Virus record (IMG/VR): IMGVR_UViG_3300046787_000408
Location: 62,001-126,000 of that record
Length of the DNA: 64,000 nucleotides
Direction: 5' to 3' (one strand)
Shown: positions 1 to 10,200 of the stretch, piece by piece
How the letters are laid out: each line of letters opens with the position of its first letter
Position numbering within the stretch: the first letter of the stretch is position 1
Made by a program: the position numbers and the translations under genes
Notes under the pieces: generated by a model
Databases searched by the model: none
What the model was told of the DNA's origin: nothing
The model's input: only the letters and a program-made list of their open reading frames with translations

Positions 1-968
1 ATCACTTGTGTTCCGTCGTCTTGATCAAGCCTCAGCTGACTGATACCTGGTCTCAACACACCATACATACCTATTATAGCAGGCCACATCACGTTACTGC
101 TAGACACAATGGAAGGAGGCACAAGACTTTGGTTGGTTTGATCCACAATAGTGCGTTCTTGTAGGGCTTGTACTTGATTTCCAATTAACACAATTTTGTA
201 GTTGTAAGGAGTAATCACTTGACGAGTGCCCAGTAACAAGTCACTGTTAGTAATAGCGTTCACAGCATCGCCTTGTGCATCGTAGATGGATGCAATCACA
301 CGCTCAATGACTCCTAGCTTCTTGACTTTGGCAGGACTTGAAATCCAGATAGGCAAATTGAATCGTAAGGTAGCAATGTCAATAGGGTTTTCTGTTCCCA
401 TGGGAATAGTACGACTGCTCCACTGCACACTTTCTAGTTCTACCACACTCAAACTGGTCCAGTCAATGTAGTTGTCAGTGCTTTGTATTTCCAAACTGGG
501 ATTGAACAAGGTTAAAATTTGTTCTAGCAACTGCATTTTTTGATTGGTGTTTGTGGTCCAAATATCCAGATTCAGAGTCAACTTGTAAGGCACAGGCATC
601 AAACGCTCAATGCTGAATGCATTGCCTTGTGTGCGTTCAAATGTGTCTGTGGTTTCATCATATGTGCGTTGGCGTACTGCAATTTTGCTCACGTGATATG
701 GCTCTTGCATTCTGGGACGATCATAGTCCATGGCAGCAACATAAAAAGTCATGAGTGGTGCAGCCGGCAAGCTGTTGGCAGAGTTTTCTTGAATTATGGT
801 TTGAGCATTACGGGTAGCATCGCCATATCGCACAGGTACTCGCAACAGGGCAGCAGCATCTCCTTCTTCTTCGCGACCGTATTCAATTTGAAAATTGCTA
901 AAGATACGAGTAAATTGCAAAAGGAATCTGCGTATTTGAGCATCGTAAAAAAATTGGGACATACTCAT
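1..968 (-). CDS. gp15: Tail sheath stabiliser / tail completion protein (T4 gp15-like), runs off the left edge
   Basis: Open minus-strand frame translated by hand: MSMSQFFYDAQIRRFLLQFTRIFSNF...RVPVRYGD...PVPYKLTLNLDIWTTNTNQKMQLLEQILTLFNPSLEI...ATLRFNLPIWIS, which is typical of gp15-like proteins. It is absent from the ORF track because no stop falls in the window. Its ATG overlaps the upstream TGA (ATGA). Confidence 0.8.
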   Translation of the reverse strand, partial: MSMSQFFYDAQIRRFLLQFTRIFSNFQIEYGREEEGDAAALLRVPVRYGDATRNAQTIIQENSANSLPAAPLMTFYVAAMDYDRPRMQEPYHVSKIAVRQRTYDETTDTFERTQGNAFSIERLMPVPYKLTLNLDIWTTNTNQKMQLLEQILTLFNPSLEIQSTDNYIDWTSLSVVELESVQWSSRTIPMGTENPIDIATLRFNLPIWISSPAKVKKLGVIERVIASIYDAQGDAVNAITNSDLLLGTRQVITPYNYKIVLIGNQVQALQERTIVDQTNQSLVPPSIVSSSNVMWPAIIGMYGVLRPGISQLRLDQDDGTQV

Positions 969-1525
969 TGTTGTTTCTCCGTGTATACTCTTTTGCCATC
1001 AACTAGTTGCCAAGTTTTTCCTTTGGTCCCACTTCTTTCTAACTGCACTTGCCTTAGGCGTTCTTTTGCACTATTGGGCATATGCCACAATCCTGACACC
1101 CCTTTTCTAGGATGCGTCTTGCCTTTCATTGCGCCACCATCTCGACGAGTCCATGTATCTGTGCCACTGGCACGTCGTCGGGCATGAGCTTGTCTTTGAG
1201 ATTCTTTCATCTTTTCTTTTGATTGATCACTGTGTATCTTGTTGTTTCCGGCTTCTCTGAGATTGTAAACCTCGTTTGTTTTTCTGTATTCATCTAACCA
1301 CTGCTGTTCTTTGTTATTAAGATCGTCCAAGCAATGAGCAGAATCAATCACTTCCCATAGGAATTGGTCAATTCCGTATTTTCTCATACTGTTATAAAGA
1401 TGAGTATTTTTGCCTCCCCGAGCATCAGCCTGATGACTGTACCATCGCATCTTTGGATTTTTTTGTATGGTTTGTCCAATGTAAATCTTGTTGTTTACAA
1501 GGTTGGTTATTTTGTATATGTGCAT
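965..1525 (-). mobile_element. Free-standing GIY-YIG homing endonuclease (Seg-like)
   Basis: N-terminal HIYKITNLVNNKIYIGQT, R(W)xxH, conserved E (LNNKEQQW) and YN motifs, followed by a basic NUMOD-like tail. It lies between the gp14-like and gp15-like genes. Confidence 0.9.
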
Positions 1526-1565
1526 AAGTTTATTTATGCGTCATCATAAAAGAATTGCTGCATTG

Positions 1566-2912
1566 TTAGTATCCTGGTGGGCGTGGGTTAGGCGGTAAGT
1601 TGCCACCATCATCGCCGTTGTCTGCTTGGGGGCGCAGTATTTCTGACAAGCTTTGGCGGCTGGGAATATTGCCCATGTCTGTGGTGGGCACTGTGTATGT
1701 ATTGTTTACAAAGCCCGAGCGTAATGTTTTGTTCTCTGGACCATTGTTGAGATTGGTGCGTACACGATCTTCAATCTTGATCCAACGACGACCGTCATAT
1801 CTAAACAGCCTATTGGGCTGATAGTCCAAGCGCAATGCATAATCGCCGCTGACAGGATTGGGCGGAAAACTCACACCTGGGGTTACAGGAAAGGCGTTGG
1901 GAGCCAATCCGTCACCAGTCAAATAGCCCATGGTATAACCGTCAGTTCTAGGAGTAACATTCATGCCACCCTCGGTGCCATCGGCGGTAGCAGTACCTAC
2001 GTCGGTAGTGAGACCATAAGGGTTAGCTGGTTGTCCGTCTAGCAAGGTAGGAGTAATGTAAAACTTAGTAACATCGTAACCGCTTAGTGGTACTTCAATG
2101 TCGGCTTGAGCCAGTATAGCATCATTGATTTCGTTGTCTTTGGTACGTGTACTAAACACATCACTTTGTGTGGGCGGTGTGTACTCAATCCATTTAGAAG
2201 TGTCCGTGATAGGTGTTCCAGCAGGCACATTGGCAATAGCTTGATAGTATACGTTGCCTTGGTTTACAATATCGCCAGCAGGATAAAAGTTTCCTGGATC
2301 CCAAATTTGTTCCATCACAACTGGCTTTTTCAAGATATCTTTGTATTCTTGCGCATTGGTTAGTGGTGTAGCTTTGACTCTCCACAAGTGCGGTAACCAA
2401 GTTTGACTAAAACCTTCGCTAGCAAAACTTGCATCTTGGATCACATAGTATTTGGGCAATGGTAATGGAATTGAACTATCCAAGGGATTGTAATCTTTTA
2501 AGTTGGGAACTTCAAGTACATCACCAGCCATGAGCTTGCGTCCCACAGTGTCAATCATGCGGTTGTAGTGAAACGTAATAAACAGTGTATCATTGTTCAA
2601 AAATAAACCAAACTGACTTAGATCAAAATCAATATCTTGAGAGTTGTATACACCGCGCATGACATAAACATCGGGATCGTAAACACGATCACGGTTTTCC
2701 AACAGCAACAAGTCCTGTATGTTCAGTGGACTTTGGTCATCGTAAATGGGCACAGTAACATCGTTGGTACCTTTGGTCTCGCCTGTGATGGGACCTAGAT
2801 ATTTGTGAGTGTAGATGTCAACGCCGCCAACAGTGTACATTTCGGCAATGGTACGATCCAGAAACTGGTAGTCGCGGGTTCGATTGGGGCGGTATAAGCT
2901 AAGTCTTGGCAT
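1566..2912 (-). CDS. gp14: Neck protein (T4 gp14-like)
   Basis: Start re-picked at MPRLSLYRPNRT (2912), 8 nt after a TAAATA motif. Motifs DLLLLENRDR.Y, FDLSQFGLFL, GRKLMAGDVLEVP and head-tail junction context support the call. Confidence 0.72.
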   Translation of the reverse strand: MPRLSLYRPNRTRDYQFLDRTIAEMYTVGGVDIYTHKYLGPITGETKGTNDVTVPIYDDQSPLNIQDLLLLENRDRVYDPDVYVMRGVYNSQDIDFDLSQFGLFLNNDTLFITFHYNRMIDTVGRKLMAGDVLEVPNLKDYNPLDSSIPLPLPKYYVIQDASFASEGFSQTWLPHLWRVKATPLTNAQEYKDILKKPVVMEQIWDPGNFYPAGDIVNQGNVYYQAIANVPAGTPITDTSKWIEYTPPTQSDVFSTRTKDNEINDAILAQADIEVPLSGYDVTKFYITPTLLDGQPANPYGLTTDVGTATADGTEGGMNVTPRTDGYTMGYLTGDGLAPNAFPVTPGVSFPPNPVSGDYALRLDYQPNRLFRYDGRRWIKIEDRVRTNLNNGPENKTLRSGFVNNTYTVPTTDMGNIPSRQSLSEILRPQADNGDDGGNLPPNPRPPGY

Positions 2913-2934
2913 AGTAATACTATTTATGTACTGG

Positions 2935-2963
2935 TTGACCATAATTCTTAGACCTGCTATAAT
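2935..2963 (+). promoter_or_regulatory. Sigma70-type (early) promoter
   Basis: TTGACC-17 nt-TATAAT with an extended -10 TG. It is divergent from a minus-strand TAAATA at 2921-2926. Confidence 0.8.
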
Positions 2964-2987
2964 TACAACAATGCAACAAGGAGTCCT

Positions 2988-4127
2988 ATGAAAGTAGCTA
3001 CCAAACCCGTAAAACCGCTGAACCCCCGCAGTTCGGATACCAATGTAATGGGTCCAGAACCCACTTGGCGTGTGCAACCAGAACTCAATCGCATCAGTGC
3101 GCTGAGTCGTGCATTCTCTTGGTACAACTACTTTTACGGCAAAAAAGATGCTCGAGACATGGTTGTAAGTTATCTTGAAGCCCATGACCGCAAAGCAGAT
3201 GTGCGCACCCTTCGTTCAGTTCCAGATTCAGCTATTCGATTGACCACAGCTTGGTTGTGTCGCATGACCCTGGTAGGTCTAGAACTTACAGAACAAGAGC
3301 AAGTCAAGCTGGATAATTTGTTAAAGGAAATGTTAACAGCCAAACAGGTTGAAACAGATACTGCTGAAGCGTCTGTGCCTGAAGTGCCACGCATTACCAT
3401 TCAAGATCGTCTACGTGAAAAGGTCAGCGAGTGTGCTGGCGAACTAGACGGATTGTTTGATGATTTTGTGGCCAGCGGTGCCAAAATGTCAGCAGACTAC
3501 AAACCAATCATGACCATTCGTGGCATGAATGTGGCTCCACAAATGGTTAGTATGATTTCAGACATTTGGAAACGCAAGCAAGCTGAATTTGAACTAGCAA
3601 TAGGTGGCAAAGATCCGCAACTGGTTGAAGCGTATTCGCATCTGACCAAAATCCAAATGCGGAATGTGCTTAAATTCTGTGAAGCTGTGGTCAACGATTG
3701 TGGTGCGTATGTACAAATCAAGAAAGTTGAGCGCAAGCCACGTGCAGTTAAGGCAGTAAGTCCAGAAAAACGTGCGGCAAAGTTCAAGCATATTACAGAG
3801 TTTGCTGAACTCAAACTCAAAGGATTGCCGGCTGCTAGCTTGGTAGACAAAGCTGAAGCTTGGTTGTATGATACCAAAAAGCGCAAATTGATTCACCTGG
3901 TTGCAGACTCGCATACTCAGTCATTTACAATCAAGAGCAACAGCATAATTGGATTCAGCACTGTGGAAAGCCAGCAAAAAACTGTGCGCAAACCAGCTGA
4001 TGTTCTCAAAGCACTAGGTGCCGCAGGCAAGCCGGCTGCTAGAAAGATCTACAAGGATCTAACCACTACTGAAACACCGTTTAACGGTCGTGGTACTGAG
4101 AACTTGATTGTTATCAAAAGCTGGTAA
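2988..4127 (+). CDS. Conserved phage hypothetical protein (379 aa)
   Basis: Long ORF with an AGGAG RBS and a TTGACC-17-TATAAT promoter at 2935-2963. Function not recognised. Confidence 0.7.
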   Translation: MKVATKPVKPLNPRSSDTNVMGPEPTWRVQPELNRISALSRAFSWYNYFYGKKDARDMVVSYLEAHDRKADVRTLRSVPDSAIRLTTAWLCRMTLVGLELTEQEQVKLDNLLKEMLTAKQVETDTAEASVPEVPRITIQDRLREKVSECAGELDGLFDDFVASGAKMSADYKPIMTIRGMNVAPQMVSMISDIWKRKQAEFELAIGGKDPQLVEAYSHLTKIQMRNVLKFCEAVVNDCGAYVQIKKVERKPRAVKAVSPEKRAAKFKHITEFAELKLKGLPAASLVDKAEAWLYDTKKRKLIHLVADSHTQSFTIKSNSIIGFSTVESQQKTVRKPADVLKALGAAGKPAARKIYKDLTTTETPFNGRGTENLIVIKSW

Positions 4128-4148
4128 ATAACAGGGACGGAGTCCCTA

Positions 4149-4919
4149 ATGGCAGAACAGCAACAATCCTCGCTTGACACACTCAAGCAAAACTTGATAG
4201 AGTATGTGAAACTCCAGCTCGGTGATCAAATTATTGACATTGAGCTGGACCCTTCTCATTATGAAGCAGCATACCAAAAGACCATTGGCACATATAGACA
4301 ACGTGCCAGCAATGCCTATGAAGAAAGTTACAGCTTCATGGAGCTGGTCAAGGACGTAAACATCTACACCTTGCCGCAAGAAATTGTGAGTGTGCGCCAG
4401 ATCTTTCGTAGAACATTTGGTGATTCAACTGGCCCGTTTGCATCAAACTTTGATCCGTTTGCACAAGCATCTCTCAATGTGTATCTCATGAACTTTAACG
4501 TGGCTGGCGGCTTAGCCACTTATGACTTTTACAGCCAGTATGTTGAGCTAGCGGCACGTATGTTTGGCGGCTACATGAACTACACATTCAACCCTGTGAC
4601 CAAAAAACTGCAACTGATCCGTGATCCAAAAGGCACTGGCGAAAATGTGTTGTTGTGGAGCTACAACCTCAAACCTGAATTCAATCTGTTGAGTGACTAC
4701 CAAATTCAACAGTGGATCAAGGACTACATGGTGGCCAACTGTAAAATGATTGTGGGCGAAGCTCGTGAAAAGTTTGGCTCTATTGCTGGCCCACAAGGCG
4801 GTGGAACCTTGAACGGCACTGCTATGAAAGCTGAAGCACAGGCCCAAATGGATGCCAAAATTGAAGAGCTCAAAAACTACGTGGATGCAAGTCAGCCGTT
4901 AACCTGGGTAATTGGTTAA
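4149..4919 (+). CDS. gp13: Neck protein (T4 gp13-like)
   Basis: LIEYVKLQLG...IDIELD..HY...I motif and WIKDY..A..K...GE.R.KF...GP.GG..LNG...K.EA C-terminus. TAAATA upstream at about 4125. Confidence 0.75.
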   Translation: MAEQQQSSLDTLKQNLIEYVKLQLGDQIIDIELDPSHYEAAYQKTIGTYRQRASNAYEESYSFMELVKDVNIYTLPQEIVSVRQIFRRTFGDSTGPFASNFDPFAQASLNVYLMNFNVAGGLATYDFYSQYVELAARMFGGYMNYTFNPVTKKLQLIRDPKGTGENVLLWSYNLKPEFNLLSDYQIQQWIKDYMVANCKMIVGEAREKFGSIAGPQGGGTLNGTAMKAEAQAQMDAKIEELKNYVDASQPLTWVIG

Positions 4920-4961
4920 GCAACGATAGACTTTGTTTGATAGTTCTGTTATACTTGCAGT

Positions 4962-5486
4962 ATGGCAGACTTAATGATCGATCTTGAAGGGCTAGCAACT
5001 GGCCCAGATACATGCATACTCACTATTGCGGCCCAGAGCTTTGACCCTTTTGGGCAAGGCTATTCTGGCAAGTCTTACTATGCTAGGGTAACGCTGGAAA
5101 GCCAACCAGATCGGGCAATTGATCAAGGCACGATTGAATGGTGGGCTACCCAACCGGCGCATGCACGGGAAGAAGCCTTCAACGAAGAAGGCCGTATACC
5201 ACTAGATCAAGCACTGGATGAACTCGGCAAACTGATTTGGCACTCCGGACGCATCTGGGCACAAGGCCCTACATATGACATGAACATTCTAGAGCATGCT
5301 TACAAAAGCTACAACAAATCATTGCCCTGGAAATACTTTCAAGTATGCGACAGTCGAACACTGTTTAGATTATGGCCTGATCAACCTATTCCTCCTACCA
5401 GTCACCATGCGCTAGAAGACTGCCGCAGACAAATCGGAATGCTGCAACGCACACTTCGGCACCTAAACATTAAGGAACTAAAATGA
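4962..5486 (+). CDS. DEDDh 3'-5' exonuclease (Rv2179c-like exoribonuclease family)
   Basis: LMIDLEGL (ExoI), W.QG..YD...L (ExoII), HHALED (ExoIII). Confidence 0.85.
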   Translation: MADLMIDLEGLATGPDTCILTIAAQSFDPFGQGYSGKSYYARVTLESQPDRAIDQGTIEWWATQPAHAREEAFNEEGRIPLDQALDELGKLIWHSGRIWAQGPTYDMNILEHAYKSYNKSLPWKYFQVCDSRTLFRLWPDQPIPPTSHHALEDCRRQIGMLQRTLRHLNIKELK

Positions 5487-5977
5487 ACATTTATCTCGAC
5501 ATGGATGATGTAGTAGCTGACTGGCTAGCACATGCCCAGAACTTTTTGAAACTGCGCTGGGATCACAACAGCGGTGAACGTGTTTCCCAAGAGGAATGGA
5601 ATCGCCTCAAGTCAGACACCCACTTTTATCGCAGTTTGCCCCTTAAATCGGGCGCAATTGAGCTGGTTAACTACTGTCGTGATCTCACACAAAAAACTGG
5701 TGGACACTTGAGATTTTTAACAGCATTACCACATGATTACAGTATGCCTTTTGCTGCTAGCGATAAAGTGTTTTGGGCGCAAGAACACTTTCGTGATATT
5801 CCTGTTACCCTAGGCCCGTTTAGCCATGACAAATGGCGTCACTGCAAGCATCCAACTGATATTCTTATTGATGATCGTCACAGCAACTGTAGCGAATGGA
5901 TTGCAGCAGGCGGGCAAGCGCATGTGTACCGTGATTGGCCTACTTGCAAGACTTGGTTTGAGGAAACAATTGTATGA
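5483..5977 (+). CDS. HAD-family 5'(3')-deoxyribonucleotidase
   Basis: IYLDMDDVVAD (HAD motif I), FLTA (II), K (III), ILIDD (IV). Confidence 0.85.
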   Translation: MNIYLDMDDVVADWLAHAQNFLKLRWDHNSGERVSQEEWNRLKSDTHFYRSLPLKSGAIELVNYCRDLTQKTGGHLRFLTALPHDYSMPFAASDKVFWAQEHFRDIPVTLGPFSHDKWRHCKHPTDILIDDRHSNCSEWIAAGGQAHVYRDWPTCKTWFEETIV

Positions 5978-6555
5978 ACAAAACGAACAAAATACCTAAA
6001 CTCTTGATTATTGGTAACGCACGCCACGGCAAAGATACAGTGTGTGATATCCTGCGTGAAGAATTTGGCTACAACTTTAGATCCAGTTCAGACTTTTGTG
6101 CTGAAAAGTTTATCTATGCTGAACTAGCACCCAAGTACGGTTACACCACTTACGAGCAGTGTTTTGAAGATAGACACAATCACAGAGCAGAGTGGTACAA
6201 CATGATTCACGAATATTGCCGTGATGATTATGCTCGACTGGGCCGAGAAATTTTTGCTGAAAACGAAATCTACTGTGGTTTGCGAAACAAGGCAGAATTT
6301 CATGCCATGAAGAATACCAACGTGTTTGATTATGCTATCTGGGTAGATCGTAGCGATCACTTGCCGCAAGAAGACAAATCAAGCATGAGCTTGGAGATCT
6401 GGATGGCTGACTATGTGATTGACAATAACGGTACGTTGAGTGATCTCAAACGCAACACTCGTGAACTGGTTAGCCGTCTGGTTGCAGATCACCAGGACGC
6501 CATACTGAATCAGATTTCAATAAATCGACTTCGCAGTTACGGCACACTGTTTTGA
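5974..6555 (+). CDS. Deoxynucleoside monophosphate kinase-like P-loop protein
   Basis: GNARHGKDT P-loop and ADYVIDNNGTL C-terminal motif. Confidence 0.7.
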   Translation: MNKTNKIPKLLIIGNARHGKDTVCDILREEFGYNFRSSSDFCAEKFIYAELAPKYGYTTYEQCFEDRHNHRAEWYNMIHEYCRDDYARLGREIFAENEIYCGLRNKAEFHAMKNTNVFDYAIWVDRSDHLPQEDKSSMSLEIWMADYVIDNNGTLSDLKRNTRELVSRLVADHQDAILNQISINRLRSYGTLF

Positions 6556-6817
6556 GATTTTTTGTGTCGCAGTTGGCAAGATTCCCGTCCACATGATACA
6601 CTAGAGTTTGGGCGGAGTATCGTGCCTTGAATCCGCAACGATCACACTGCATTTTTTTCTTGTACCCAGCTGACTCCCAGCTGGGTTTTCTTGCTTTTAT
6701 GCCACGCCCTTTGCGATTACATGAGTCGCATCTAGCACGATAGTGTGGCACGCCGTCTTTGTGATAGTTTACAGCACAAGGGCGTTGATTACAAGCAGGG
6801 CATAAAGGTCTTTTCAC
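6470..6817 (-). CDS. Zn-ribbon / HNH-like protein
   Basis: CPACNQRPC, CDSC, CDRCG and YHVDGNLANCDTKNLKTVCRNC. Probable GTG start at 6817, 4 nt after a minus-strand TAAATA. Confidence 0.65.
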   Translation of the reverse strand: MKRPLCPACNQRPCAVNYHKDGVPHYRARCDSCNRKGRGIKARKPSWESAGYKKKMQCDRCGFKARYSAQTLVYHVDGNLANCDTKNLKTVCRNCEVDLLKSDSVWRPGDLQPDG

Positions 6818-6910
6818 AGGATATTTATGGCGGACCTTTGGCAAAGGGCACCGTAACAGCCCTTTTTTAGTGGCGATCCATAAATATTAGAACTTGAAAA
6901 GGAATCGACC

Positions 6911-9900
6911 ATGGCTTTAATTTCACCAGGCGTAGAAGTAACAGTAATTGACGAAAGTCAATATATCCCATCTGCGGTCAACACAGTACCGTACTTTCTG
7001 ATTGCTACTGCGCAAAACAAAGTAAGTGCTAACGGCGCTACAGTGGCAGCAGGAACGCTTGCAGCTAACGCAAACAAAACTTATCTCATTACTAGTCAGC
7101 GAGATTTGGCAGCTACTTTTGGTGTGCCATTCTTTTATCAGACTACTAATGGTACTCCAATCAACGGTTACGAACTCAATGAGTACGGCTTGTTGGCAGC
7201 GTATTCTACGCTGGGAGTAACTAATCGTGCGTTTGTACAACGTGTGGATATTGATCTGGCAGAACTCACTGCTAGCTTGACTCGTCCTACTGGTAACCCT
7301 GCTGACGGCACATACTGGCTTGATACTGGTACTTCACTGTGGGGTATTCAGGAATGGAATCAAACTACTGCAACATTTACAGTAAAAACTCCAATTGTGA
7401 TTACTGATACAGCTGATGTGGTTGACTTTGAAAATGACAACTTTACACCTCTAGCAACAGTAGGTAGCATTGGTGATTATGCAGTAAGTGCAGTAACACC
7501 CAAGAATCTTGGCTATTACAAGAACACTTCAAACCAGTGGGTATTGATTGGTGGCGATGATTGGAAAACATCATGGGCTACTGTTACTGGTACCGGAACT
7601 CCTACTAGCTTGACTGTTGGTGCAACATTTTATCTCAACAATTCGTTGATCACAGTTGGTTCTACTAACACTGTGGCTGGTCTTGCTGCGGTAATCAACG
7701 CCGCTGCTATTACTGGAGTAACCGCAGCAGCAGTCAGTGGCAAACTAGCAATCTATGCAGATTCAACAGCGGCCAATGATGGATCCACTGCTGACGGCGG
7801 TATTGTTACAATTGATATTGGTGTTGAGCCAGTATCTAGCCAAGCCTTGCTAACTGCACTAGGACTCACAACAGGTGAGTTTTATGCTCCAAACTATTTG
7901 CCTAGCTACAGCTACCAAGTGCCACGTTGGAGAACTACTGACACCAGCCCCCGACCAACAGGTTCTGTATGGAACAACGTTAGTCCAGCCAACAATGGTC
8001 TTGCTTTGCGTGTTAGAAAATACAACGCAGCTCTTGACACATTTGTGTCACAAGCATGTCCTGCATACGCTTCAGACGTGACTGCAATCTATGGACTAGA
8101 TCCCACAGGTGGTGGCAAAAATATTCCAGCTGGCTCAACATATGTTGCTTGGAACACCAATGCTGCTGGTAGCTCTATCGAATCATTCTCGTTTACTATT
8201 CTTGAAAGAATCGCAATTGGTGCTACAGTAATAACTGGTAGCACAACAACACCTGGGCCTTTTGTAAACAACAGTACTTTTAGAATTTCTGCAAGCCAAC
8301 CAGCTACTTCTAGTTCAGTAAGTGCTGTGGCAACATTGGGCGGAACTGGTGTGTCTGACTTTATTGCCGCAGTAAGTGCAGCCAACATTCCATATGTTAG
8401 TGCTAGCGTCAGCTCAGCTGGAAATATTGTGTTTACACACAGCGCTGGTGGTGTTATTGCTTTGCAAAACGTATCTGGAACTCCTGTAACTCTTGCTGGA
8501 TTTACCACAAGTACTGATGGTGTCCGTGAAAGCAACACAACAGCTGGTACATTGTTGTTGAGTAACTGGCGCACAACTCCAGACTTCACATACACAGCTA
8601 GCAGTACAGAACCAGATCAAGATCCTGCTACAGGACGTCTATGGTACTACAGCACTGTGAGCGAAGCTGATATCATGATTCAGAACAACGGTGCCTGGGT
8701 TGGATATCAAAACGTTGCAAACGATGTGCGAGGATTTGACCTGCAAGATACCAATGCTTCGGGACCAATTGTGGCTGCAACTGCACCAACCACACAGACA
8801 GACATTGCAGAAAGTCCGCTAGCATATGGCGATTTGTGGATTGATTCTAGTGACCTAGAAAACTATCCAGCATTGTATCGTTGGGAACCAGTAAGCGGTG
8901 TTGACCAGTGGGTTCCAGTTGATACTACTGACCAAGTAACTGAAAATGGTATTTTGTTTGCAGATGCACGTTGGGCACCTAACGGTACAACAGATCCTAT
9001 TGCTGATCCTATTCCAACTATTGCTAGTTTGCTAACCAGCAACTACTTGGATCTTGATGCACCAGATCCTGCTCTATATCCACAAGGTATGTTGTTGTTC
9101 AACACACGCCGTTCAGGATACAACATCAAGAGCTTCCAGAACAATTACTTCAATGCTACATCATTCCCAGATGACACATTGCCAGCTCAAACTAACACTT
9201 GGCTAACTGCTAGTGGTAACAAGAGCAATGGTGCCATGTGGTCAGGACGTCAAGCACAACGTCAAATGGTTGTAGAAGCCATGAGAGCTGGAATAGATAC
9301 TAGCGCTTCTGCTCGTGAAGAACAAGCACAGTACAGTTTGATTGCTACTCCAGCTTATCCAGAACTGATCCCTAACATGGTTGCACTCAGCAATGAACGC
9401 AACAACACATTGTTTGTGGTTGGTGATACACCAATGAGACTGGCTGCTAACGGAACAGACGTTACAACTTGGGCAACCAACAACAGTGGCCTGGGCTTGG
9501 AAACACAAGACGGCTTGGTAGCTGCTAGTCAGTACCTGGCTACATTCTATCCAAGTTGCCAGACTACAGACCTTGGCGGTCAGTTGGTAGTACAGCCACC
9601 AAGTCACATGATGATGCGTACCATTATTCGTAGTGATGCTGTGAGTTACCCATGGTTGGCTCCAGCTGGTACACGTCGTGGTGTTGTTGACAACGCTACA
9701 GCAATTGGTTACATTGATTCTGCAACTGGTGAATTCCAGCAGATCAACGTGGGCCAAGGCTTGCGTGATGTGTTGTATGAAAACGATATCAACCCAATTA
9801 CATTCATCCCTGGTGTGGGTATTACCAACTTTGGTAACAAGACCACAACTAGTATTACTAGTGCTCTGGATCGTATCAACGTTAGCCGACTGGTTGCGTT

Positions 9901-10189
9901 CTTGCGTGGACGCTTGGAAGAGATTGGTAAGTTGTACTTGTTCGAACCCAACGACGAGATTACTCGTAACGAAATCACCAACACTGTCAACAGCTTGATG
10001 ATTGATCTGATTGCCAAACGAGCAATCTACGACTACTTGGTTGTGTGCGATTTGAGCAACAACACCCCGGGTCGTATTGATCGTAACGAACTATGGGTAG
10101 ACGTTGCTATTGAACCAGTCAAAGCAATTGAGTTTATCTACATTCCGTTGCGAATCAAGAACACTGGTGAAATATCTGGTGGAGCGTGA
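6911..10189 (+). CDS. gp18: Tail sheath protein
   Basis: MALISPGVEVTVIDES N-terminus and PWLAPAGTRRG, LYENDINPI, RINVSRL, LFEPNDEITR, VCDLSNNTP..IDRNEL...IEPVKAIEFIYI C-terminus. Confidence 0.95.
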   Translation: MALISPGVEVTVIDESQYIPSAVNTVPYFLIATAQNKVSANGATVAAGTLAANANKTYLITSQRDLAATFGVPFFYQTTNGTPINGYELNEYGLLAAYSTLGVTNRAFVQRVDIDLAELTASLTRPTGNPADGTYWLDTGTSLWGIQEWNQTTATFTVKTPIVITDTADVVDFENDNFTPLATVGSIGDYAVSAVTPKNLGYYKNTSNQWVLIGGDDWKTSWATVTGTGTPTSLTVGATFYLNNSLITVGSTNTVAGLAAVINAAAITGVTAAAVSGKLAIYADSTAANDGSTADGGIVTIDIGVEPVSSQALLTALGLTTGEFYAPNYLPSYSYQVPRWRTTDTSPRPTGSVWNNVSPANNGLALRVRKYNAALDTFVSQACPAYASDVTAIYGLDPTGGGKNIPAGSTYVAWNTNAAGSSIESFSFTILERIAIGATVITGSTTTPGPFVNNSTFRISASQPATSSSVSAVATLGGTGVSDFIAAVSAANIPYVSASVSSAGNIVFTHSAGGVIALQNVSGTPVTLAGFTTSTDGVRESNTTAGTLLLSNWRTTPDFTYTASSTEPDQDPATGRLWYYSTVSEADIMIQNNGAWVGYQNVANDVRGFDLQDTNASGPIVAATAPTTQTDIAESPLAYGDLWIDSSDLENYPALYRWEPVSGVDQWVPVDTTDQVTENGILFADARWAPNGTTDPIADPIPTIASLLTSNYLDLDAPDPALYPQGMLLFNTRRSGYNIKSFQNNYFNATSFPDDTLPAQTNTWLTASGNKSNGAMWSGRQAQRQMVVEAMRAGIDTSASAREEQAQYSLIATPAYPELIPNMVALSNERNNTLFVVGDTPMRLAANGTDVTTWATNNSGLGLETQDGLVAASQYLATFYPSCQTTDLGGQLVVQPPSHMMMRTIIRSDAVSYPWLAPAGTRRGVVDNATAIGYIDSATGEFQQINVGQGLRDVLYENDINPITFIPGVGITNFGNKTTTSITSALDRINVSRLVAFLRGRLEEIGKLYLFEPNDEITRNEITNTVNSLMIDLIAKRAIYDYLVVCDLSNNTPGRIDRNELWVDVAIEPVKAIEFIYIPLRIKNTGEISGGA

Positions 10190-10200
10190 TGAAACTAAAA

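Noticed and set aside
540-1187. 215-aa plus-strand ORF in the track
   Set aside because: It is the antisense shadow of the gp15-like and GIY-YIG genes, has no RBS and no recognisable motifs.
965-1525. Possible group I intron carrying the endonuclease
   Set aside because: Both flanking genes are complete ORFs with their own starts and stops, and only about 40 nt of spacer is available, too little for a ribozyme core.
2913-3185. N-terminal extension of the 539-aa minus ORF
   Set aside because: It overlaps the divergent 2988 gene and its promoter. The TAAATA motif supports a start at 2912.
4962-6555. Exonuclease-nucleotidase-kinase trio as a novel pathway
   Set aside because: These families are common nucleotide-recycling genes in large phages, and nothing in the arrangement is unusual.
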